Shown in pieces: positions 12,810 to 23,401 of a stretch of DNA of 64,000 nt. Each line of letters begins with the position of its first letter. Position 1 is the stretch's first letter. Source of the DNA: Squalus acanthias (taxonomy: Eukaryota); assembly GCA_030390025.1 (NCBI GenBank), contig CM059425.1, positions 206,584,001 to 206,648,000 of the forward strand, in the 5' to 3' direction. Under the pieces are notes generated by a model. It was given only the letters and a program-made list of their open reading frames with translations, made no database searches and was not told the DNA's origin. The translations under genes and the position numbers were made by a program.

Positions 12810-13452
12810 CAGGTAAAGAAAACTGTCAAAAAGACAAATGGAATTCTAAGCTTTATATCTAAAGAACTAGAGTACAGGAAGGTAGAAGTTATGCTACAGC
12901 TATATAGAGCCCTGGTTAGACCACACCTGGAGTACTGTGAGCAGTTCTGGGCACCACACCTTAGGAAGGATATATTGGCCTTGGAGAGAGTGTAGCGTAA
13001 ATTTACTAGAATCATACCAGGACTCCAAGGACTAAATTACGAGGAGAGATTACCCAAACTAGAAGGTTATGGGGTAATTTGATCAAAGTTTTCAAGATAT
13101 TAAGGAGAATTGATAGGGTAAATAGAGAGAAACTATTTCTGCTAGTTGGGGAGTCTAGGACTAGGGTACATAGCCTAAAAATTAGAGCCAGGCCTTTTAG
13201 GAGTGAAATTAGGAAACATTTCTACACACAAAGGGCAGTAGAAGTTTGGAACTCTCTTCTGCAAATGGCAATTGATGCTGGATCAATTGTTCATTTTAAA
13301 TCTGAGATTGATAGATTTTTGTTAAGCAAAGGTATTAAGGGATACTGGGCAAAGGCAAGTATATGGAGTTAGGCCAAAGATCAGCCATGATCTCATTCAA
13401 TGACAGAACAGGCTCGAGGAGCTAAACGGCCCACTCCTGTTTCTATTTTTCT
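12810..13452 (+). mobile_element. CR1 LINE 3' fragment (older)
   Basis: LVRPHLEYCEQFWAP; ORF 13079..13372 (SRTRVHSLKI..FYTQRAVEVWNSL); CR1 3' UTR. Confidence 0.9.
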
Positions 13453-13716
13453 ACTGTATACACCGTATGATATATTTGTAGTTGCAATACATCTATGTGC
13501 CAGTAGGGGGACAATTTGGTACTGAGCTTGGGGGAGGCCTGAGGCTTCACCCTTGCCTACTCCTTTGATGCTCTCATACCCAATGATGAGGAGCAGATTC
13601 TGAACTCTCCTCCAGTTCTGGTCTGTTCCCTATTCCCTTTTATTATGGGCCATCTTGTTCAGAGGACAAATAAATAGTCTTGAATGATTGCAGGTTTAAA
13701 GAACACAATCAGTGAC

Positions 13717-13940
13717 CATGATGCGGAGATGCCGGTGTTGGACTGGGGTGGACAAAAATGAGAAGTCGCACAACATCAGGTTATAGTCCAACAGTTTTAT
13801 TTAAAATTACGGGCTTTCGGAGCTGCTGCCCCTTTGTCAGGTAAAGGTACTTTTACCTGACGAAGGGGCAGCAGCTCCGAAAGCTCGTAATTTTAAATAA
13901 AACTGTTGGACTATAACCTGGTGTTGTGCGACTTCTCATT
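13717..13940. mobile_element. Penelope-like pLTR-derived palindromic insertion
   Basis: Near-perfect inverted repeat 13757-13940; 12-bp TSD ACAATCAGTGAC (13705-13716, 13941-13952); arm matches 14928-15014. Confidence 0.9.
13853..13890 (+). ncRNA. Minimal type I hammerhead ribozyme motif
   Basis: UUAC-CUGACGA-A-GGGGC(AGCA)GCUCC-GAAA-GC-UC-GUAA; stem I is UUAC/GUAA. The antisense arm copy 13807-13844 has a mutated core (CUGACAA, no NUH). Confidence 0.8.
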
Positions 13941-14625
13941 ACAATCAGTGACAGTCATCTGCTCAACCAACAGTCCATCCAATGTGTCATTAAATGAACA
14001 TGAAACAAGCAGCTAGGTTATGTTACAAGGATTTGCAAAGCCCCTTTAAGATTTTAGTGTGGACAACAGTTTCCATTGTAAATTGCGGCTTCTGCTTCAG
14101 TCATGCTGTGATATGGCAATGCACTGGCAAGCATCGATGGACAGATTATCTCCTGGCAGGATTGCATAGGACAAGATTGTACGAATGCTTTGGATAGGTC
14201 AAGGGCACATTAGTGACAGGTTTGAGGGAACTTTTTGCCGCATATATACTCAGGGCAGCTATTTGGCATCAAAAGCTATTCACAGCCTTACTTTGGCAAT
14301 TTATTTTTAGGCCTGCCACCTTCTTTGATATTTGAATTTAGGACCGCTGAGTTGTGCAGACAGCACTGACCCTGACTACTATTTCCAGCCAAGCTTGCTG
14401 TACCAGTTGTTTTTGTCAGGGTGCCCTTCTGTCCTGTAGAGGACAGCTCCACTTCCCCCCACCTCCTGAATGATCAGCTCCAGTATCTGGTGGTGTATGG
14501 GTATGAATGCCTTCGAGACACACGACAACGCAAAATCGTCGAGCAGAAACTGATAGCCAAGTTCGCACCCATGAGGACGGCCTCAACCGGGATCTTGGGT
14601 TCATGTCACGCTACATGTAACCCCA

Positions 14626-14736
14626 CCTGACGTAGAGTCATCCAGACTCGAGTCGTTGTTGGCTTGTTCTCTCTACACAGATGCGGCCGGACCTGCTGTG
14701 ATTTCCAGCAAAAAAAGTTTTTTGTTTTCCATACAG
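14626..14736 (+). mobile_element. Short Penelope pLTR-derived retrocopy with a degenerate hammerhead at its 5' end
   Basis: TSD ACCCCA (14620-14625, 14737-14742); starts C-CUGACGU-A-GAGUC(AUCCA)GACUC-GAGU-CGUU; body resembles 62905-62960. Confidence 0.65.
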
Positions 14737-14894
14737 ACCCCAGCATCTGCCACATTGTCTTTGATGTAATGTTTTCCTGACTGACCTGTTTGAACACCAT
14801 TCACACCTTTGATTGCCGTGATTATCTCTCTGCCGAGGTGTGATAAAGGGCAGTTAGAAAGATTAACTGTAATCATCTGGCAGTGTTCTCTGAC

Positions 14895-14929
14895 TATATA
14901 TGCTGTGCTGATATACATCTCTTCACTTC
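14895..14929 (+). promoter_or_regulatory. Putative pLTR core promoter (TATA and Inr)
   Basis: TATATAT 14895-14901; TCACTTC (YYANWYY) with its A at 14925, 30 nt downstream. Confidence 0.5.
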
Positions 14930-14964
14930 ACCTGACGAAGGAGCAGCGCTCCGAAAGCTTGTGA
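14928..14964 (+). ncRNA. Minimal type I hammerhead ribozyme motif (intact core)
   Basis: UCAC-CUGACGA-A-GGAGC(AGC)GCUCC-GAAA-GC-UU-GUGA; stem III reduced to the palindrome AAGCUU; stem I covaries with the 13853 copy. Confidence 0.85.
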
Positions 14965-15299
14965 TTTCAAATAAAATTGTTGGACTATGGCCTGGTGTTG
15001 TGTGACTTCTCACATATGGGTATGAAGCCTGCAGTTTTTTGTTGTAGTTTTGCTGCATTGTGTCCTCCCCCCTCCTGTTCCAGGCAAGAATGCAGCTATT
15101 TAAGTGACTGCTTGAGGTGACCATTCCATTAGCTGTTTCTTTATGTAGGCGGGAACTCACAAGATCTGCGTGGAATGCAAATCAAGAACTTCAGGGGTTA
15201 ACAGACGACGGAGTCAACTCTGGAAAACAGCACACAATGCTAGGCCCCAATTTGTGCACAAACAGAAATTTTCAGGCTTTTGAGTGCAATTTGCATTTC

Positions 15300-16015
15300 G
15301 GGCAGGAGTTTCCACGAGGTTACGCAGTTTTTTTAGCGCAATTCACCTGAAATCTGCCAAACCAGCGCAAAAATCGCAGAATTTTAAGCTCAAGTTACAC
15401 TCACGCAAATCGAGTTCTGCGATCTTTTGCGCTAACTTAAAACACATCGCGCTAGAAGCTGGCTCTGCCCATAAAACTGGTCACGTCCCAGATCAAATTA
15501 ATCACCATTGCGAGTTTCTGATAATTGCACCCATTTGCGGGCCTTCAAGGAGGCTCTTAAAATTGAGCTTTTTTTTAGGTGCAAGGACACTAATAGGCAT
15601 GTTTTAAAAGCTTTTAAATATTTTTTTTTGTACTTTACTAAGAAACTGACTACTGCACACCAATTAGTAAATGGTTCTGTATAGTTTTTTTAAAGTCATT
15701 TTCAGTTATTTAAAATCGGTGGTGGACTAGACTGATTAAAAATGCTTATTTTTTGTGATAAACCCATTTTCAGCTGTATTAATAAAGCTGCACTAGGTTA
15801 CCACTCTTAAATATATCAAGGAATATTTTTTGATGCAAAACAGTTTTTTTTAAATTACATTCTAAAACGCTGCCTCGAGGGCAGATTTTATGTTTGCCAA
15901 TATGCAAATGAGTTTGAGCAGAAACTTGAGCAAAAAAAACTTCTGAAACTAGCACAATTTGGAGTGCACTTTGCGCCTGGATCGCCGATTGTGCCCAAAG
16001 CAGAAACTCTTGGTC
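15300..16015. mobile_element. Non-autonomous Harbinger-like element
   Basis: Imperfect TIRs gggcaggagtttc / gaaactcttggtc; internal block shared, inverted, with 16935-17360; no TSD evident. Confidence 0.5.
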
Positions 16016-16934
16016 GAATTGTTTAATTCCCTGGCAGTAACTCTAAAGTGTAGGGATGCAAAACATACTCATCAAAATAATGAAGGAGTACGGTTGCTTG
16101 TCCAATATAGTGCTATTTCTTTTAGCCGGAAGGGTTATTTCTGATTATTATAGCAATTCATTTTTAATTACTTTGTCTGACATAGCGATAATGCACTGAT
16201 CAGTCCTTCAGAGATCAACCTAAAATGCAATTACATTTTATACATAATTTAAAAACTGGCTGATGGAATTACTGATAAAATTAAGGTACATTTAGTAATT
16301 TTACCCCAGGGCAAAACACAGACTTGCCTGTTTGTTAACATTCTGACATTTTTGTGAATATTTGTCAGACTCTGTATGTTACAGAATCATTAATAAACCA
16401 TTTCGATTGCAATAACAAGAATGGATTTTAATGGCAATGTTGAATCAGTTTCTATCAACAGTGTGGGCACAGAAAATGACTCATCTCGCTTTATGTTTTA
16501 AGGGCTTAATGGGAAAAATATAATTAAAGCCATACTGCCAGTTATGCTAATATTCAGGAGGTACCTTCTCAAATAACCAACAATGAACTTAATTTACAAA
16601 GAAACCGATTGTATTACTTTGTTTGGCCCAGTGCCAATATAATATAAAAGAGAAAATTGAACCATGTTTCAGTTATTATGCACTGTCAGTGTTACCAGCA
16701 GAAAACAATATTTTAATATCTTTAATTATTTAATCTTGGAAACAATAAGTTGGAAAAAAAAGCTAACTTGCTGCTGAAAAAAAGTGTTTAAAGATCCTCA
16801 CCACTTGATTAGTCATACTTTTGTGACTCACTTACAAAAGAACTACGGGTTGGAAATTCCTGGGACCCCACTCCACTGTCGTAAATGCAGCGGAGCAGAA
16901 CCCCCGCTCACCCGGTCCCAGAGCTGGAGGCCCT

Positions 16935-17360
16935 GGGGTAGAGTTTCCACTTTGAGCAATCTTGAAATTGCGCCCAAAATGCGCTTGAAGTTGCACTGGT
17001 TAGGTTACAGGTGAAGTTTCCGATAAAATTAATCTGCATAATCACAATCTTCAATGCACCAGCGCAATCGGGCAGTGTAATAGAATGTAATCATTTTTAT
17101 TTCTTTCCATTAAAAGTATTCCTTGATGTATTTAATAGTGTTAACCTGGTGCAGTTTTATTAATACAGCTGAAAATGGGTTTAACACCAAAAATAATCAT
17201 TTTTAATAAGAGGGTCCAGTGCTCCACCTGTGAGTAGTCTGATGTGGTTTTGGGTGTAACTCACTTATGTTTAAAATTCCATGATCTTTTGTGCTGGCTC
17301 CCATGATTTTGCCCAGATTGCGCTGATATTACTAACGTAAACGAGTGGAAGCTCTACGCC
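16935..17360. mobile_element. Harbinger-type MITE nested in an older element
   Basis: TIR ggggtagagtttccact / agtggaagctctacgcc; TSD CCT. Confidence 0.8.
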
Positions 17361-18387
17361 CCTATCCCATATCCCAGGGACGTATCAGTGGCAGCTTGCC
17401 TGGCTCGAGCCGATCTGCCCTTGTAAGGTGGAGCAGAACCTTCCTGAGTCCAAATGGGCGGAAGAAAAAAAATGTTTTAAAATAGTTTTTGGCTCCTGCT
17501 GGAGCCACTCTGACTAGAAAAGGTAATCAATCTCCTGTGGGATCTATTACCTTATACTAGTAAATGTTTGGAGCCTTCAGAAGGCCTCAAAGAGATGCAC
17601 GGCAGGTCTCAACCAATATTCCGTCAGGTTGGGTTTATAACAAGCGGCCGATCCAATATCGCCCGTTTTACACCATAGCTGAAAATTAAAATGACCCCCG
17701 TGACACTTTCCCTTGAAGAAATAGTGGGTGAGTGTAAGGACACTGTGATACTTTAAGAAATTGTTCGAAGCTGAAACTACATACGATGAGCCTGCCCCAG
17801 ATAAAGTTACATTGTTCCTTTAAAAGTGTCCTTGAAAAAAATGGCCTTTGTGCCCCTGCCAAAGTTGAATTTCACCCCCATTGTTTTTTTAAATATTTTG
17901 ACAGGTTGGCCTCCTTGTCCAAGGGTGATTGGGTACAATCATTGGCAGGCGCGCACCAGAGATGCGACAAAGTAGCATGTTCCATGTAAATGAGGTGCCC
18001 TCCCAATGACTTCGCAAACTCTGGTAGGGTCTACGCTAGAAGGCACCGTTTGGCTTGATCCTGGCATAACTGCACAACGGAAATTTGGGTCCACTCACTA
18101 CAGCAACAACAACAACAACATTTATATAGCACCTTTAAAGTTGTAAAATGTCCCAAGGCGCTTCACAGGAGTGTTATCAAACAAAATTTGACACAAAAGG
18201 TGATCAAAACCTTAGTTAAAGAGATAAGTTTTAAGGGAGGAGAGAGAGGCGGAGAGGCTTAGGGAGGGAATTCCAGAGCTCTGGACGTAGGCAGCTGAAG
18301 GCACGGCCGTCAATAGTGGAGCGATGAAATTGAGGATGCTCAAGAGGTCAGAATTGGAGGAGCGCAGAGATCTTGGAGGGTTGTAGG

Positions 18388-18512
18388 TAATGGTTCCTTT
18401 AAGCTGCGCGGCTGTGTGGGGCTCTGCAGGTCCCACGCAGCCAGTGAGCCAGCTTCTAAATAGAAAAACTGTACACGCACGGAATTTTGAAAAAAAATTA
18501 GAGGGAACATTG
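18388..18512. mobile_element. hAT-type MITE (125 bp)
   Basis: 8-bp TSD GTTGTAGG (18380-18387, 18513-18520); TIR taatggttcctttaa / ttagagggaacattg. Confidence 0.85.
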
Positions 18513-20626
18513 GTTGTAGGGCTGGAGGAGGTTACAGAGATAGGGAGGCACGAGGCCATGGAGGCATTTGAAGTCAAGAATGAGAATTTTAAAATTGAAG
18601 CATTGCCAGATTGAGAGCCAATGTAGGTCAGCGAGCACAGGGGTGATGGGTGAACGAGTCTTGATGCAGGCTGGGATACGGGCAGCAGAGTTTAGGATGA
18701 GCTCAAGTTTACAGAGAATGCAAGGTGGGAGGCCGGCCGGGAAAGCATTGGAATAGTCGAGTCTAGAGGCAACAAAGGCATGGATGGGGGTTCAGCAGCA
18801 GATGAGCTGAGGCGGGGCAGTGATGTTACAGAGTAGAAGTAGGGGGTCTTGGTGATGGAGTGGATATGGGGTCGGAAGCTCAGTTCAGGGTCAAGTAGGA
18901 TGCCAAGGTTGCAAACGGCCTGGTTCAGCCTCAGACAGTGGCCAAGGAGAGGGATGGATGTCGATGGCTAGGGAACTGAGTTTGTGGCGGGCACCGAAGA
19001 CGATGGCTTTGGTTTTCCCACTATTTAGTTGGAGAAATTTTCCACTTGTCCAACACTGGATGTTGGACAAAGCAACGGCAGTGGAGGGGTCGAGAGAGGT
19101 GGTAGTGAGGCGAGCTGGGTGTTGTCAGCAGACATGTGGATCCTGACGTTGTGTTTTTGGATGCTGTCACTGAGGGGCAGCATGTAGATTAGAGATAGGA
19201 GGGGGGCAAGGATAGATCATTGGGAGACTCCAGAGATAATGGTGGGGGAACAGGAATAGAAGCCATTGCTGGTGATTCTCTGGCTCTGACTGGATAGATA
19301 GGAATGGAACCAGGTGAGGGCAGTCCATCCAGCTGGACAACGGAGGAGAGGCGTTGGAGGAAGATGTTGTGGTCAACTGTGTCAAAGGCGGCAGACAGGT
19401 CGAGAATGATGAGGAGAGATAGTTTACCATGGTCACAGTCACAGAGGATGTCATTTCTGACTTTGATAAGGGCCGTTTCAGTGCTGTGGCTGGGGCGGAA
19501 ACCTGATTGGAGGGGTTCAAACATGGAGTTGCGGGAAAGAATGGCACGGATTTGGGAGGCAACAACACGTTCAAGGGCTTTGGAGAGAAAAGCGAGGTTG
19601 GAGTTGGAAGGACAAAGGGGTCAATGGTGAGTTTTTTGAGGAGGAGGTGATGATGGCAAATTTGAAGAGCAGGGGGGCAGCGCCTGAGGCGAGAAAACCG
19701 CTAACAATATCAGCTAACGTGGGGCCAAGAAGGGAAGTTGGGTGGTCAGCAGTTTGGTAGAAATAGGGTCATGGGAGCAAGAGGTGGGTCTCATGGACAA
19801 GATGAGCACAGAAAGGGTATTAGTCACTAGCCACATGTGGTGAATTGGGAATCCAGATGTGGAATTTGCATTTCTGATTCTAAACAAAAAATGACCACTA
19901 GCCACTGTCATTGGGCGTGTGATCTCAACACTCATATTTGCATAGTGTGTTCATGTGAACTTTAACCTTTTTGTGCGTTTGTTGGTAAAATGGTGTTCGA
20001 GTGTTTTTTTGATCGTTGTGAGTGCTTTAATTCCGTGGTTACAGAATGGTGGCAGATGTTTGTTAAGTAAATATACATGTGTGAAGTATATTTGCCTGTA
20101 TTGTGTAAGTGTATGCAAGGTGTTTTTTTTAACTAAAATTAGTGCATGTGATAAAACGGTGTCGCAGTAGCCACACCTGTAGCTAGGCAGCAATTTCTAT
20201 TGGACAACCCTGGTTTTGACAGCAGAAAATGCTCAAGACCCTGATTGATTGATAATAGTCCAGGAGCGTGATTTCTGTGAAAATAATTTAGTTTCCCAGT
20301 TTGAAGGTCTGCTCTCCCATTTCCTGACTAGGGCCAGTAAACCATCCTGTCCTTGGCTTCTGACGATGGATTTATAAAATTCGGGGTGTCTGGAATTGAT
20401 TGGTGCACCAACAAGTCAGCTAAAAGTTCCCACAAGGTGCGGGGCAGGGTTTGAAACCGTAACACGCGTGTGACATAAAAAGCTTTTCTGCACTGGTGCT
20501 ATATTGTGGGAGTTGGGGAAGGGCTTTGAACCCTATCCCCGGCAGGTCGGGATAACTGTACCCAAGTTGGATGCCTTTGCCGTGTAGAATCATATCTGGA
20601 ACAATAACCACAATATTCCCATACCA

Positions 20627-20960
20627 GTGTGTAAAATTATGAGGGGCCTAGATAGAGTGAATAGGTCCAGGGGGGCATAGATTTAAAGTAATTGGTAGAA
20701 GGATTAGAGGGAAGTTGAGGAGAACTTTTTTCACCCAGAGGGTGGCGGGGGTCTGGAACTCACTGCCTGAAATGGTGGTAGAGGTAGAAACCCTAATTGC
20801 ATTTAAAAAGTACTTGGATATGCACTCGAAGTGCCGTAACCTACAAGACTACGGACCAAGAGCTGGAAAGTGAGATTAGGCTGGATAGCTCTTTTTCGGC
20901 TGGCACAGACACGATGGGCCGAATAGCCTCCTTCTGTGCCATAAACTTCTATGATTCTAT
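20627..20960 (+). mobile_element. CR1 3' fragment
   Basis: FFTQRVAGVWNSLP; 3' UTR ending TTCTATGATTCTAT; same family as 57843-58746. Confidence 0.9.
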
Positions 20961-21303
20961 AAGGGGAGATAGGAGAGAAACTAGAGAAAAATGCGAGTTC
21001 AGGGCTAGGGAGGGAGGAACCTGAGGGAAAGTTTGGCTTGGAGGGGAAGATAGGGAAGCAAAAAAGGCAGATGGTCTCAAACTTCGGGACAAAGAAGTCC
21101 ATGAGCTCCTTGCACTTATTGTTAGAGGTGAGGGTGGAGAGGGCAGGGGAGAGTGATTTAAGATCACGATTTGAAGTGGAGAAGAGAAGCCGGGGGTTAT
21201 CTTTGCATTACAGGATGATCCTGGAATAGTTAGCATTTTTTACCGAGGAGAGCAGGACCCAACAGTTCTTTATGTGGTACAACCAGATGTGGCAATGAAT
21301 GGC

Positions 21304-22880
21304 TGTGAGAATGCTGGGAAAGTCTCCACTTCGGATTCTCCCACTAACTAATATGTTCTAAATCAAATGATACGATTATTACTTGTAGGTTAAAGATTTT
21401 ATTATGTAATTGTTGCACTTATAATCATACTTGTAACCCTGCTGTGAAATGCTCTGGGTAGACCTGGTTGGAAGGTAAGATGGAGGAAACTAAGGCTTAT
21501 GGGACTTCCTTGACCAAAAGAGAGGGTTGATGAGGGTAATGCAGTTGACGTGGTGTACACGGATTTCCAAAAGGCGTTCGACAAAGTGCCACATAATAGG
21601 CTTGCCAGCAAAGTTGAAGCCCATGAAATAAAAGGGACAGTGGCAGCATGGATACGAAATTGGCTAAGTGACAGGAAACAGAGAGTAGTGGTGAACGGTT
21701 GTTTTTCGGACTGGAGGAAGGTATACAGTGGTGTTCCCCAGGGGTCGGTTCTAGGACTACTGCTTTTCTTGATGTATATTAATGATATGGACGTGGGTGT
21801 ACAGGGCACAGTTTCAGAATTTGCAGATGACACAAAACTTGGAAGTATAGTGAACAGTGAGGAGGAGAGTGATAGACTTCAGGAAGGCATGGACAGGCTG
21901 GTGAAGTGGGCGGACATGTGACAGATGAAATTTAGTGCAGAGAAGTGTGAAGTGATACATTTTGGTGGAAAGAATGAAGAGAGGACATATAAACTGAATG
22001 GTGTAATCCTAAGGGGGAGTCACGAACATAGAGACCTGGGGGTATGTGTGTACAGGTTGTTGGGCTGGCAGGGCAGGTTGAGAAAGCAGTTAAAGGGGCT
22101 TACGGGATCCTGGGCTTCATAAGTGGAGGTATGGAGTACAAAGGTGTGGAAGTTGTGATGAACCTGTATGGAACACTGGTTCAGCCCCAACTGGAGTACT
22201 GTGTCCAATTCTGGGCACCACACTTTAGGAGGGATGTGAGAGCCTTGGAGAGGGTGCAAAAAAGATTTAAAAGAATGATTCCAGGAATGAGGGACTTCAG
22301 TTACATTGATAGACTGGAGAAGCTGGGGTTGTTCTCCTTGGAGCAGAGAAGATTGAGAGGAGATTTGATAGAGGTGTTCAAAATCATGAGGGGTCTGGTC
22401 AGAGTAGATAGAGAGAAACTGTTCCCATTGGCAGAAGGGTAGTGGAATTCAGGTGTAAGTCCATGATTGGGTTAACTGGTCTCCATAGACTTTGCTGTAT
22501 AGAAGAGGTATAAGAAGGGGCCTCTCAGGCACCAAGAGTGTAGAGGTATTCAGCCAAGAGCTTGGGACCATCCAACAGACGGGCCAAGGAGGGACAGGCT
22601 GGTGGAGGGAGCACACGTGTCTCACTGACTGGATGAAGGAGCCTGGAGGCACGGGCCAGTGGAGGGTGGACTCATGGAGATCGCGACCTTTCTACCCAGC
22701 GCATAACGGGTAATATAACTCTTGATTGCACCTTGTTTAACTACTGCTCAGATACTGTAATGTATCAAGTCTTGCTTACACTGAATAAAATATAATCACT
22801 GTCACCAATACGGGTCAAGTCAAATCTTTTGGAACTTAAGAGTGAAAGGGTTAATTGGCCAGGAGCCCAAAACTCTAACA
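21304..22880 (+). mobile_element. Solo LTR (~650 bp) interrupted by a CR1 fragment
   Basis: TGTGAGA...TCTAACA termini, duplicated GGC(T) flanks within L2, TATAAGA ~22509, AATAAA 22784-22789. Confidence 0.7.
21520..22440 (+). mobile_element. Internal CR1 RT fragment lacking its 3' UTR
   Basis: [34 protein letters not shown] (ORFs 21550..21921 and 22044..22442). Confidence 0.92.
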
Positions 22881-23401
22881 GGCTTAACCAGTTTTCCACC
22901 ATAAATGTTCAAGTATGCGTCCCTTAGACTTAAGGGGGCGAAGATCAGGGCCGTATCAGTGGGAGCTACCAGGGTGAGTGTGTAATGATTTTAAATGGGG
23001 ACAAGGGCAAAAAGGTAGAGGTGAGGGTGTGATTGAGCCGATTGATAGCTGCAAATTTGCGAATGGAGGACCAACGGCTAGACAGTTGGGAATTTGAATG
23101 TGCTGTTATAAGTGAATTTGGGGAGAGACTTTTCCAAGGGAGAAACAGAAGGAAGTAGGGTTGGGAAGGGGAAGGGGATATGGGTGGAGAGGGATACAAG
23201 AACGTGATCAGAGTTGGCTTATCTGGAGGGAGAGATTAAGGGAGGATAGGAGGACAGTGAACTCAGAGGAGAGGGCAAGGTGAGTTGAGATGGAGGTTGA
23301 AACCACCGAGGATGAAGCACAGAAGATAGGAGCAGGAGTAGGCCATTCGGCCCCTCGAGCCTGCTCCGCTATTTAATGAGATCATGGCTGATCATCCAAA
23401 T

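Larger units (their letters stand above)
14508..15014 (+). mobile_element. Penelope-like element family A, 3' fragment with pLTR
   Basis: Frameshifted C-terminus RKIVEQKLIAKF..HEDGLNRDLGFMSRYM*; 12-bp TSD TATGGGTATGAA (14496-14507, 15015-15026). Confidence 0.88.

Noticed and set aside
20340-20395. U4atac-like start (AACCATCCT..CTTGG) and a CTGACGA hammerhead-like core
   Set aside because: Similarity to U4atac ends after ~17 nt, and no GAAA or stem I completes a hammerhead.
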